A stretch of 64,000 bases of DNA, taken from NCBI GenBank assembly GCA_964016885.1, contig OZ024753.1, forward strand, positions 21,638,001 to 21,702,000, written 5' to 3'. The translations under genes and the position numbers were made by a program. Within the stretch, counting starts at the first letter, position 1. Each line of letters begins with the position of its first letter. The notes beneath the pieces were generated by a model, which saw only the letters and a list, made by a program, of their open reading frames with translations, did not search any database and was not told the DNA's origin. The DNA is from Eledone cirrhosa (taxonomy: Eukaryota). Below are positions 52,201-64,000 of this stretch, piece by piece.

Positions 52201-55200
52201 GTCCTAACCACTCTACCATTCTATCAGACGTTCTAACCACTCTACCATTCTATCAGAGGTACTAACGACTCTACCATTCTATCAGATGTGTCTAACCATT
52301 CTACCATTTTATCAGACGTTCTAACCACTCTACTAGTCTATCAGACGTTCGAACCACTCTACCATTCTATCAGACATTCTAACCACACTACCATTCTATC
52401 TGACGTTCTAACCACTCTACCATTCTATCAGACGTTCTAACCACTCTACCATTCTATCTGACGTTCTAACCATTCTACCATTCTATCTGATGTTCTAACG
52501 ACACTACCATTCTATCAGACGTGCTTACCACTCTGCCATTCTCTCTGACATTCTAATGACTGCCATTCTATCCAACGTCTTAACCACATTACCATTCTAT
52601 CAGACGTTCTAACCACTCTACCATTCTATCAGACGTTCTAACCACTCTACCATTCTATCATACGTTCCGACCATTCTACCATTCTATCTGATGTTCTAAC
52701 GACACTACCATTGTATCAGACGTTCTAGCCACTCTACCATTGTATCTGACATTCTAATGACTGCCACTCTATCCAACATCCTAACCACACTACCATTCTA
52801 TCAGACGTTGTAACCACTCTACTATTCCATAAGACGTACTAACGACTCTAACATTCTATCAGATGTTCTAACCATTCTACCATTCTATCAGACATTCTAA
52901 CCACTCTAATAGTCTATCAGACGTTCGAACCACACTACCATTCTATCAGACATTCTAACCACACTACTATTGTATCTGACGTTCTAACCACTCTACCATT
53001 CTATTTGACGTTCTAACGATTCTGCCATTCTATCAGACGTTCTAACCACTCTACCATTCTATCAGACGTTCTAACCACTCTACCATTCTATCTGACCTTC
53101 TAACCACTCTACCATTCTATCTGACGTTCTAACGACTCTGCCATTCTATCAGACATTCTAACCACTCTACCATTCTATCAGACGTTCTAACCACTCTACC
53201 AATCTATCAGACGTACTAACCACTCTACCATTCTATCAGATGTTCTAACCACTCTACCATTCTATCATACGTTCTAACCACTCTACCATTCTATCAGACG
53301 TTCTAACCACTCTACCATTCTATCAGATGTTCTAACCACTCTACCATTCTATCATACGTTCTAACCACTCTACCATTCTATCAGACGTTCTAACCACTCT
53401 ACCATTCTATCAGACGTTCTAAACACTCTACCATTCTATCAGACGTTCTAACGACTATACCATTTTATCTGACATTCTAATGTCTGCTATTGTATCCAAC
53501 GTCCTAACCACACTACTATTCTATCAGACGTTTTAACCATGCTACCATTCTATCAGACGTTCTAACCACTCTACTAGTCTATCAGACGTTCGAACCACTC
53601 TACTATTCTATAAGATGTTCTAACCACACTACCATTCTATCAGACGTTCTAACCACTCTAGCATTCCATCAGCCGTTCTAACCACACTACCATTCTATCA
53701 AACGTTCTAACCACGCTACCATTCTATCTGACGTTCTAAGCACTCTACCATTCTATCTGACGTTCTAACCACTCTACCATAATATCTGACGTTCTAACCA
53801 CTCTACCATCCTATCTGACGTTCTAACCACACTACCATTCTATCTGACGTTCTAACCACACTACCATTCTATCTGACGTTCTAACCACTCTACCATTCTA
53901 TCAGACGTCCTAACCATTCTACCATTCTACCTGACGTTCTAACCACACTACCATTCTATCAGACGTTCTAACCTCTCTACCATTCTATCTGACGTTCTAA
54001 CCACTACCATTCTATCTGACGTTCTAACGACACTACCATTCTATCAGACGTTCTAACCACTCTACCATTCTATCTGACATTCTAATGACTGCCATTCTAT
54101 CGAACGTTCTATCCACTACCATTCTATCAGACGTTCTAACCACACTACCATTCTATCTCATGTTCTAACCACTACGATTCTATCTGACGTTCTAACGACA
54201 CTACCATTCTATCAGACGTTCTAACCACTCTACCATTCTATCTGACATTCTAATGACTGCCATTCTATCCGACGTCCTAACCACTCTACCATTCTATCAG
54301 ACGTTCTAACCACTCTACCATTCTATCAGAGGTACTAACGTCTCTACCATCTTATCAGATGTGTCTAACCATTCTACCATTCTATCAGACGTTCTAACCA
54401 CTCTACTAGTCTATCAGACGTTCGAATCACTCTATCATTCTATAAGACGTTCTAACCACACTACCATTCTATCTGACGTTCTAACCACTCTACCATTCTA
54501 TCAGACGTTCTAACCACACTACCATTCTATCAGACGTTCTAACCACTCTACCATTCTATCTGACGTTCTAACCATTCTACCATTCTATCTGATGTTCTAA
54601 CGACACTACCATTCTATCAGACGCGCTAACCACTCTGCCATTCTATCAGATGTTCTAACCACTCTACCATTCTATCATACGTTCTAACCACTCTACCATT
54701 CTATCAGACGTTCTAACCACTCTACCATTCTATCAGATGTTCTAACCACTCTACCATTCTATCATACGTTCTAACCACTCTACCATTCTATCAGACGTTC
54801 TAACCACTCTACCATTCTATCAGACGTTCTACGCACACTACCATTCTATCAGACGTTCTAACGACTATACCATTATATCTGACATTCTAATGTCTGCTAT
54901 TGTATCCAACGTCCTAACCACACTACTATTCTATCAGACGTTTTAACCATGCTACCATTCTATCAGACGTTCTAACCACTATACTAGTCTATCAGACGTT
55001 CGAACCACTCTACTATTCTATAAGATGTTCTAACCACACTACCATTCTATCAGACGTTCTAACCACTCTACCATTCTATCTGACGTTCTAACGACTCTGC
55101 CTTTATATCAGAGTCGTTCTAACGACTCTGCCTTTCTATCAGATGTTCTAACCACTCTACCATTCTATCATACGTTCTAACCACACTACCATTCTATCAT

Positions 55201-58200
55201 ACGTTCTAACCACTCTACCATTCTATCAGACGTTCTTACCACTCTACCATACTATCAGACGTTCTAAGCACTCTACCATTCTATCAGACGTTCTAACGAC
55301 TCTACCATTCTATCTGACGTTCTAACCACTCTAGCATTCTATCCGACGTTCTAACCACTCTACCATTCTATCTGACGTTCTAACCACTCTACCATTCTAT
55401 CTTACGTTCTAACGACTGCCATTCTAGCTGACGATCTAACGACACTACCATTCTATCAGACGTTCTAACCACTCTACCATTCTATCTGACATTCTAATGA
55501 CTGCCATTCTATCGAACGTTCTAACCACTACCATTCTCTCTGATGTTCTAACCACACTACCATTCTATCAGACATTCTAACCACTCTACCATTCTATCTG
55601 ACGTTCAAACCACTCTACCATTCTATCTGATGTTCTAACGACACTAGCATTCTATCAGACGTTCTAATCACACTACCATTCTATCTCATGTTCTAACCAC
55701 ACTACCATTCTATCTAACGTTCTAACCACTCTACTATTCTATCTGACGTTCTAACGACTCTGCCATTCTATCAGACGTTCTAACCACTCTACCATTCTAT
55801 CATACGTTCTAACCACACTACCATTCTATCATACGTTCTAACCTCTCCACCATTCTTTCTGACATTCTAATGACTGCCATTCTATCAAACGTTCTAACCA
55901 CTACCATTCTATCTGATGTTCTAACCACTCTACCATTCTATCTGACGTTCCGACCATTCTACCATTCTATCTGATGTTCTAACGACACTACCATTCTATC
56001 AGACGTTCTAACCACACTACCATTCTATCTGATGTTCTAACCACTATACCATTTTATCTGATGTTCTAACGACACTACCATTCTATCTGATGTTCTAACG
56101 ACACTACCATTGTATCAGACGTTCTAGCCACTCTACCATTGTATCCGACATTCTAATGACTGCCACTCTATCCAACATCCTAACCACACTACCATTCTAT
56201 CAGACGTTGTAACCACTCTACTATTCTATAAGACGTACTAACGACTCTAACATTCTATCAGATGTTCTAACCATTCTACCATTCTATCAGACATTCTAAC
56301 CACTCTAATAGTCTATCAGACGTTCGAACCACTCTACCATTCTATCAGACATTCTTACCACACTACTATTGTATCTGACGTTCTAACCACTCTACCATTC
56401 TATTTGACGTTCTAACGATTCTGCCATTCTATCAGACGTTCTAACCACTCTACCATTCTATCAGACGTTCTAACCACTCTACCATTCTATCTGACCTTCT
56501 AACCACTCTACCATTCTATCTGACGTTCTAACGACTCTGCCATTCTATCTGACGTTCTAACGACTCTGCCATTCTATCAGACATTCTAACCACTCTACCA
56601 TTCTATCAGACGTTCTAACCACTCTACCAATCTATCAGACGTACTAACCACTCTACCATTCTAACGGACGTTCTAACCAATTCTACCATTCTATCAGACG
56701 TTCTAACCACTCTACCATTCTATCTGACGTTCTACCGAATCTGCCATTCTATCAGACATTCTAACCACTCTACCATTCTATCATACGTTCTAACTACTCT
56801 ACCATTCTATCAGACGTTCTAAGGACTCTACCATTCTATCAGACGTTCTAACCACTCTACCATTCTATCTGACGTTCTAACCACTCTACCATTCTATCAA
56901 ACGTTCTAACCACGCTACAATTCTATCTGACGTTCTAACCACTCTACTATTCTATCAGATGTTCTAAGCACTCTACCATTCTATCAGACGTTCTAACCAC
57001 TCTAGCATTCCATCAGCCGTTCTAACCACACTACCATTCTATTAAACGTTCTAACCACGCTACCATTCTATCTGACGTTCTAAGCACTCTACCATTCTAT
57101 TTGACGTTCTAACCACTCTACCATAATATCTGACGTTCTAACCACTCTACCATCCTATCTGACGTTCTAACCACACTACCATTCTATCTGACGTTCTAAC
57201 CACACTACCATTCTATCTGACGTTCTAACCACTCTACCATTCTATCAGACGTCCTAACCATTCTACCATTCTACCTGACGTTCTAACCACACTACCATTC
57301 TATCAGACGTTCTAACCTCTCTACCATTCTATCTGACGTTCTAACCACTACCATTCTATCTGACGTTCTAACGACACTACCATTCTATCAGACGTTCTAA
57401 CCACTCTACCATTCTATCTGACATTCTAATGACTGCCATTCTATCGAACGTTCTAACCACTACCATTCTATCAGACGTTCTAACCACACTACCATTCTAT
57501 CTCATGTTCTAACCACTACCATTCTATCTGACGTTCTAACGACACTACCATTCTATCAGACGTTCTAACCACTCTACCATTCTATGTGACATTCTAATGA
57601 CTGCCATTCTATCCGACGTCCTAACCACTCTACCATTCTATCAGACGTTCTAACCACTCTACCATTCTATCAGAGGTACTAACGACTCTACCATTCTATC
57701 AGATGTGTCTAACCATTCTACCATTCTATCAGACGTTCTAACCACTCTACTAGTCTATCAGTCGTTCGAACCACACTACCATTCTATCTGACGTTCTAAC
57801 CGCTCTACCATTCTATCAGACGTTCTAACCACACTACCATTCTATCTGACGTTCTAACCACTCTACCATTCTATCTGACGTTCTAACCATTCTACCATTC
57901 TATCTGACGTTCTAACCACACTACCATTCTATCAGACGTTCTAACCATTCTACCATTCTACCTGACGTTCTAACCACACTACCATTCTATGAGACGTTCT
58001 AACCACTCTACCATTCTATCAGACGTTCTAACCACTACCATTCTATCTGACGTTCTAACGACACTACCATTCTATCAGACGTTCTAACCACACTACCATT
58101 CTATCTGATGATCTAACGACACTACCATTCTATCTGACGTTCTAACCACTCTACCATTCTATAAGACGTTCTAACGACTCTACCATTCTATTAGACGTTC

Positions 58201-58490
58201 GAACCACTCTACCATTTTAATGACTGCCATTCTATCCAACGTTCTAACCACTCTACCATTCTATCTGACATTTTAACCACTCTTCCATTCTATCTGACGT
58301 CCTAACCACTCTACCATTCTATCTGCTGTTCTAACCACTCTCCCATTCTATTATACGTTCTAACCACTCTGCCATTCTATCTGACGTTCTAACCACTCTA
58401 CCATTCTATCAGTTGTTCTAACCACTCTACCATTCTATCAGACGTTCTAACCACCCTACCATTCTATCAGACGTTCTAACCATTCTGCCA
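13225..58490. repeat. ~45.3-kb satellite array, 29-bp monomer cattctatc(a/t)gacgttctaaccactctac, with 27-, 21- and 30-bp variants and higher-order duplications
   Basis: First units start at 13225 and 13254. Single orientation, with no foreign insertion seen on reading through. Length/29 is about 1,560 units. Confidence 0.99.
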
Positions 58491-58499
58491 AATCCACCG
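58480..58499 (-). mobile_element. 5' head and A box of the family A SINE hosting the satellite
   Basis: Minus strand cggtggatttggcagaatgg aligns with cggtggattggcagtatcgg of the intact copy at 10734. Confidence 0.8.
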
Positions 58500-58610
58500 A
58501 AATACAGATAAAAATATATAAAAAAGAAAACTATGCGAATACTTAAATACTTAAATAAACATTTTTGATTTTACGATGTTTTTAATACAACAAAGTTTCT
58601 ATTTCACAAA

Positions 58611-61421
58611 ATGGCGACTTGGACATGACTAAACAAAGTCAAGAATCGAAACAGCTCAGATAAGGTTCCAACTACTACGGTCTTTTGAATAATAAAGTTT
58701 TTAACCACAATACTCGGATACCGCGTAGCTTCAACGAGAAGAGTGCTTTCTATAGGGAATCCATTAATTTCAGTTGAAAATACAACCACGAAGCGCCAAC
58801 TGAGAGAACTTGCCGTAAGTACAATATATTATATTAACTGTCATAATTACAGTGTGGTACACTAATTTCTCAATGATGAAAGCAAGAAACACTTTATAGA
58901 ATAATTATTTCATAAAAATATAAATTCATAACGAAAACAGTAATACTTTCAAAACAAAGAATATATTATTGCCAAACAATACATATATAATATGAAGGGT
59001 ACTTCCAATACTTCCAAGTAGAAAACCCACACAAAGTGCCATACTGTTTTTATTGGACTAAATAATCAGGTTTTATAATTTTACATGACCCAAACGGAGC
59101 TAAATTTCCTTCTATTTAACGTGTCTGAAAGCCCAGACAGGATATTATGCCTTAGAAACAAGTCAAATAATCCACAGCCAGATATATTGATGGTATCAGG
59201 TAAAATATAAGTAAAATATAAGTGTCGATCTAAAAAAATCTAACAAAGTCCACGTCCACTCTGACAAAACTGGAAATCTATACCACATGGATATTGATAA
59301 TTACAATGAGTTTATTTATAAAGAACTCAGGAAAAATTATAAAAAAAACAAATAATGTGGCTCTTACCAATATCAACAACAAAACACACAACATAGTAAA
59401 TAAACTCAATATTGAAGACAGAACTGAACCTTTGGCACTGAAACTTTAACCTGAAAGATCACAAATCTAACTTTAACTCTAATCCTTCTATAAGACTTAT
59501 ATGCCCTTCCAAATCTGACATTGGCATCATTAGTAAAAACATTTTAGACAGAATCATCCCACAATTAAGAAAACACGTTAATTTACCACTCTGGGAAAAC
59601 ACATCCCAAGTAATTAACTGGTTTACTAATATTAGAAATAAATCATCTGCTTCATTTCTACAATTTAATATAGATGCTTATTATTCCTCTATATCACCCA
59701 TACTCCTGAACAAAGCCTTGATATTTTCCAAAAATAGATCAAACTTAACTATGGATGACATTAATATTATCACACACGCTACACAAACACTACTGGAATT
59801 TCAGAAGAAATACTGGACCACATATAGTAAGCTCTTCGACATTACTATGGGCTCTAGTGATTCTGCCCAAATTACCGATCTTGTGGGCCTCTTTCTTCTA
59901 TTTAACATAAATTCTTCTTTTCCCATCTTAAAGGTGGTTTATATCGTGATGACTGTCTTCTTCTTTCCGCTAATCTTAGCCTATCAGAAATTGAAAAAAA
60001 TAAAAAACTTATTAGAACTTTCCTCAAAGACTATTATAATCTCACTATTACATTTGAAAACACCAGTAAAATAGTTAATTTCCTAGATATAACATTAGAC
60101 TTATCTACGGGTATCTAACAACCTTACCATAAACCTAACCAAAACTTACATTACATACACTCACAATCCAATCCCCCTAGATCTATCCTTAAAAACCTAG
60201 CATATAATATCTCATTCAGAATTTCTAACCTTTCATCTGACCAGGATGTATACGATAAAAATGCGACCTTTTATAACGAAGCTTTAGCTAGAAGCGGCCA
60301 CAATAATACTTCAAACATACAACCCAATATTACCAACAAACACCAAATGAAAAACACACACCTAAATGCCACTCACACTACACCCAAAAATACCAACATA
60401 AAACTTAATTTCTCTACCTCCTCTCACATAAAATATAATAACTTTCAAAAAACCATTCATCCTAATACTCCAATATACGTTAATAACATTACTAACAAAA
60501 TTCCTAATAATCATACTAAAACACCTAAATCAGTTAAGCTAACTAAACCTATATATAATAAATTCACTAATACTAACTCTCATAGTAAACATCCTGATAC
60601 ATCGTATAAATATAAAAAAAACATCGAAACCGTAATAGACGAGTTACTTGGTATAATGCTCCATTTAATCTAATCTTTACAAATTAAAGATAATATCCCT
60701 AAAAATTTGTTTACTATCCTAGAGAAAAGCTTCCCGCCAAACCATAAATACCATCAAATTTTAAATAGATCAACTGTCAAATTTTCCTACTCCACTACCA
60801 AAAATATACAACAAAATATAAGTGCGTACAACGCATATACATGTAAAAAAAACCACGAATATACCACCAACACGTCAAACCAACCATAATACTAAAATAA
60901 ACCGCAACAAACCACCATCTCCTTCACATATAACAAGTCGAGTAAATTCCACACCAAATTTGACTAACTCCCCTGATATAATATTCACGAATGGTTGTAA
61001 CTGTAGAAACAAAAGAAATTGCCCATTAAAGGGAAATTGTCTTATTAATAACATAGTCTATAAATGTAAAATTAGCACTAAGGACTCAACTTATTCATAT
61101 ATAGGAGCTACTTCTAACCAATTTAAAGTAAGATTTAATACCCACAAACATAGTTTTAAAAATGCCGCATTAGCTAATACAACATCCTTGGCTGAAACAA
61201 TTAATAATTATAGAAAAAAGAATATCGATTACAACCTGACCTGGAGTGTGCTCAAAAGGGCCACCCCTTATCAAAATAACAGATATGAGTGTAGATTATG
61301 CTCCCAGGAACTTTTTGAAATAATGAAATTTAAGGATATCCTATTAAATAAGCGACAAGGATTAATTATATCTTGCAATCATAGAATTAGAAGAACCTTC
61401 AAATATTATAAACCTAATTAA
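58611..61421 (+). mobile_element. Decayed Penelope-like retroelement (RT + GIY-YIG endonuclease), Naiad-like
   Basis: SDKTGNLY (~59260), LKDHKSNFNSNPSIRLICP (~59451), FDITMGSSDSAQITDLVG, GGLYRDD (59933-59953), VNFLDITLDL, and CNCRNKRNCPLKGNCL-IVY...YIGAT...FKVRFNTH...CRLC in ORF 60822-61421. Frameshifted. The 5' boundary upstream of ~59250 is uncertain. Confidence 0.88.
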
Positions 61422-61572
61422 TATACACCTTACACTTATATTTTACATATTATAATTAGTTTTTTTTATTTAGTTAACCTAAAATTAGTACTTTACTACA
61501 GAGAACTTCATAATTTTATTTCCCTCTTACAGCTCTCTTTTCCTAAAATTAATACCTAAAAGTATACATATA

Positions 61573-61890
61573 AATTAATTTAATTTCCTGTTATGAATCT
61601 AGATTCCTTGTAGTCTATATAAGATTGGTATTTCTCACTACTACACTTATCACAAAATTTTATTTTCCTTCGTTTTTAACAACATTCTTTAATAACATCT
61701 AATTCTTATTTATCACATCCATATGAATTAATATAAATTTATCCATATAAGTATACCTATCAATTAATTTAATTTCTTGTTATAGATCTAAATTCCTTGT
61801 GTTTTAAATAAGATTGGTATTTCTCACTAATACCTTTACCCTAACATTTTTCTCTCCTTCGTTTTTAACATTATTCTTTAATAACATCAA
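61573..61890 (+). repeat. Imperfect direct repeat, two ~125-bp copies 189 bp apart, downstream of the PLE ORF
   Basis: aattaatttaatttc...attccttgt...ataagattggtatttctcacta...tccttcgtttttaaca at 61573 and 61762. Confidence 0.85.
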
Positions 61891-62140
61891 ATTTTCGTGC
61901 ACCCTTCACCGGCTTGACCTCTTTTCATCCCCAAAGTATTCTTTTCATTCAAAGTATTCTTTCCATTCAAAACATAAGTTTGCATTCCTCTACCCCTAAA
62001 TTAAATTTCTACTACTACTATTCTATCAACTTGACCTCTTAATACTTTTCTATTGGTCAATTCAAAACCTCTTCCCAAACAGACCTATTATATTAAATCT
62101 TTGTTGGTTTTTTTTTCAATAAACAAATCTCATTATTTCA

Positions 62141-62240
62141 TCCCGCCGAGGTTTACTTTGCCTTACGGGGTCGATAAAATAAAGTACCAGTAATGCACTG
62201 CGTAATTGCTGGCCTTGTGCCTAAAGTAGAAACAATTATT
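62141..62240 (+). mobile_element. 5'-truncated family A SINE
   Basis: tcccgccgaggtttactttgccttacggggtcgataaaataaagtaccagtaatgcactg...cttgtgcctaaagtagaaacaattatt. Confidence 0.9.
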
Positions 62241-62422
62241 TATGAAGACAGCATATATATGTGAAGGTATGTATATTTCCTCTGATAGTTTGTAATATTT
62301 TTACATAGATCTATATGATATACATACCAACACACACATATATCCTAGAAACGATCGTAAAATGATGAATTTTTTAATATAAGGAACTTGTTCTTTGTTT
62401 TTATTCACTGTTTTTATTAATT

Positions 62423-62482
<60 letters not shown>
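62423..62482. repeat. (TA)n microsatellite
   Basis: Seen directly. Confidence 0.97.
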
Positions 62483-62486
<4 letters not shown>

Positions 62487-63469
62487 ATTTTTCCATTGTC
62501 TTTATTCTAAAGATTTAGCCGTGTGGGATTTTTGACCCCCCCCCCCCCCTCCCCACACACACACATGTTTGTAGCCACAACCCCAACAATTGCAACAGTT
62601 TTATCTATATATTGCTAGTGAACACACTGAATATTATTAATGATTCTTGTAATGTCTTTATGACATAAAGTAACTTCTGTTTTCAATCTATATGTTCCAA
62701 CTAGAATTAAGTAATATTTTCCCGTCTCTAAAGATCTTTACCCGATTTTTATAAGTTATTTTATAGTAACTGGTTGTTAGTGCAGTTATTAGTTTGCACT
62801 TGAGCACCCAGAAATATATTTCCTCGGTGCTTCGTAAATTCCACAATTTGAGCTTCACAAAAAAAAAAGAAAGTTTTCTACCATTCGGAGACACCTTCCC
62901 TCCTTGGGTCTTATTTCAGGGACTTGTGTCAGGATTCTCCATACTTCAAACATGGATACCAGTAATATCTTCTGGGTGGTTTGGTAGACAATTATCTCTT
63001 TGTGTATATTGTATTTTCCGCTCGATTTGTCTGATATGCTTGAGGTGTTGTATGTGGATGAAGTGTCATGGGGGGAGGGTCTTCACCAAATATGGATTTC
63101 TATGTTAGTCTATACAGAATTGTATTCTTTTTCCTCACGATTGACTCTGCTCCCTCACCCTATCTTTGAAATACCCCCAGCTAGACGTTTGCATGTTTAT
63201 TATACATAAATCCATTGTATATGCTTCCATATATGCCTCGATTGAAACATATACATACGTACACAAAAGCGTGCATAAGTAGGTACACACACACACATAC
63301 ACACACGCGCGCACGCGCACATGGTGGCTGCCAACTCGTTTTCGAGTACGGCCACTACTTTATATCCATGTAGGAGAACCCCTACCGATGCGCTGAACGA
63401 GTGTGACTTTTTAGTCCAGCCAGCGGCTTGAAAACTCTGTTACAAACACTACACATGTGACAATTATTG

Positions 63470-63900
63470 ACACATAGTGCTGGGCCCATGGTACCATGTG
63501 ACAAGTGCAGAGAGATCTCCAGATATAAAGCAATGCCTGTGCCGTGAAGCTTTTATAGTGAGCAAAGGCACTGCACAAAGCCAGTCCCACTCTCTTAACC
63601 AAGATGATATTTACCAAAAAGAAGAACAAGTCAACATCATTGGATACCATCAGGGTTGCAGGCGTTATATCAGAGTTTTCCTTCTCCTAGAATTCTGCCT
63701 TGACAAAGGCTAAGAGGTCATCTCTCCCGGTTATTTTGGATGGCCATTGACTCTTTGCCCTTTGACAGGTTTTGTTTTTAGTACTGCAGGATGTCCAAAG
63801 TCACCCTCATCACCAAGCAACCTTGGTGGGGTTGCCAGTTTAGTCGCCAACGACCCGACCATGAGACAGGTTGTACTGGGATACATGTTACCAGTAGTAC
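63470..63900 (-). mobile_element. Second copy of the putative RTE 5'-UTR-like repeat
   Basis: Reverse complement aligns with 8755-9285. Its 5' end abuts the (ACAT)n tract. Confidence 0.65.
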
Positions 63901-63984
63901 ATACATACATACATACATACATACATACATACATACATACATACATACATACATACATACATACATACATACATACATACATAC
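63899..63984. repeat. (ACAT)n microsatellite
   Basis: About 21 perfect units. Confidence 0.98.
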
Positions 63985-64000
63985 ACATATATATTGTTAT

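Noticed and set aside
13225-58490. CRISPR array (29-bp repeat)
   Set aside because: Units are head-to-tail with no unique spacers, there are no cas genes, and the context is eukaryotic retroelements.
13225-58490. Telomeric repeat (ctaacc/ggttag) or a repetitive protein-coding gene
   Set aside because: There is only one telomere-like hexamer per 29 bp. The unit is not a multiple of three, stops are frequent, and the track shows no ORFs.
62688-63320. Short ORFs as a host exon or PLE N-terminal fragment
   Set aside because: No diagnostic motif, and there are stops in all plausible frames. It cannot be supported without a search.

Overview
This is eukaryotic, AT-rich, repeat-dominated DNA with no supportable host gene. 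The SINE and LINE repertoire looks cephalopod (Octopus-like), which is an inference from recalled family motifs. About 70% of the window (13225-58490) is one head-to-tail satellite of a 29-bp monomer, roughly 1,560-1,600 copies, with nested higher-order duplications. The key observation is that the whole array sits inside a single tRNA-derived SINE on the minus strand. The SINE 5' head is at the right edge (~58499) and its B box, body and tail resume at the left edge (13224-13112). The monomer is the SINE's Pol III A-box segment. The left flank (1-13.1 kb) is a nest of decayed elements: RTE-type LINEs (one with a twin-priming-type 5' inversion and a 12-bp TSD), two complementary R4/Dong-type REL-endonuclease LINE copies, several SINEs, a 113-bp perfect palindrome, minisatellites and a mariner-like end. 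The right flank holds a decayed Penelope-like element (RT + GIY-YIG), further SINE/RTE fragments and microsatellites.
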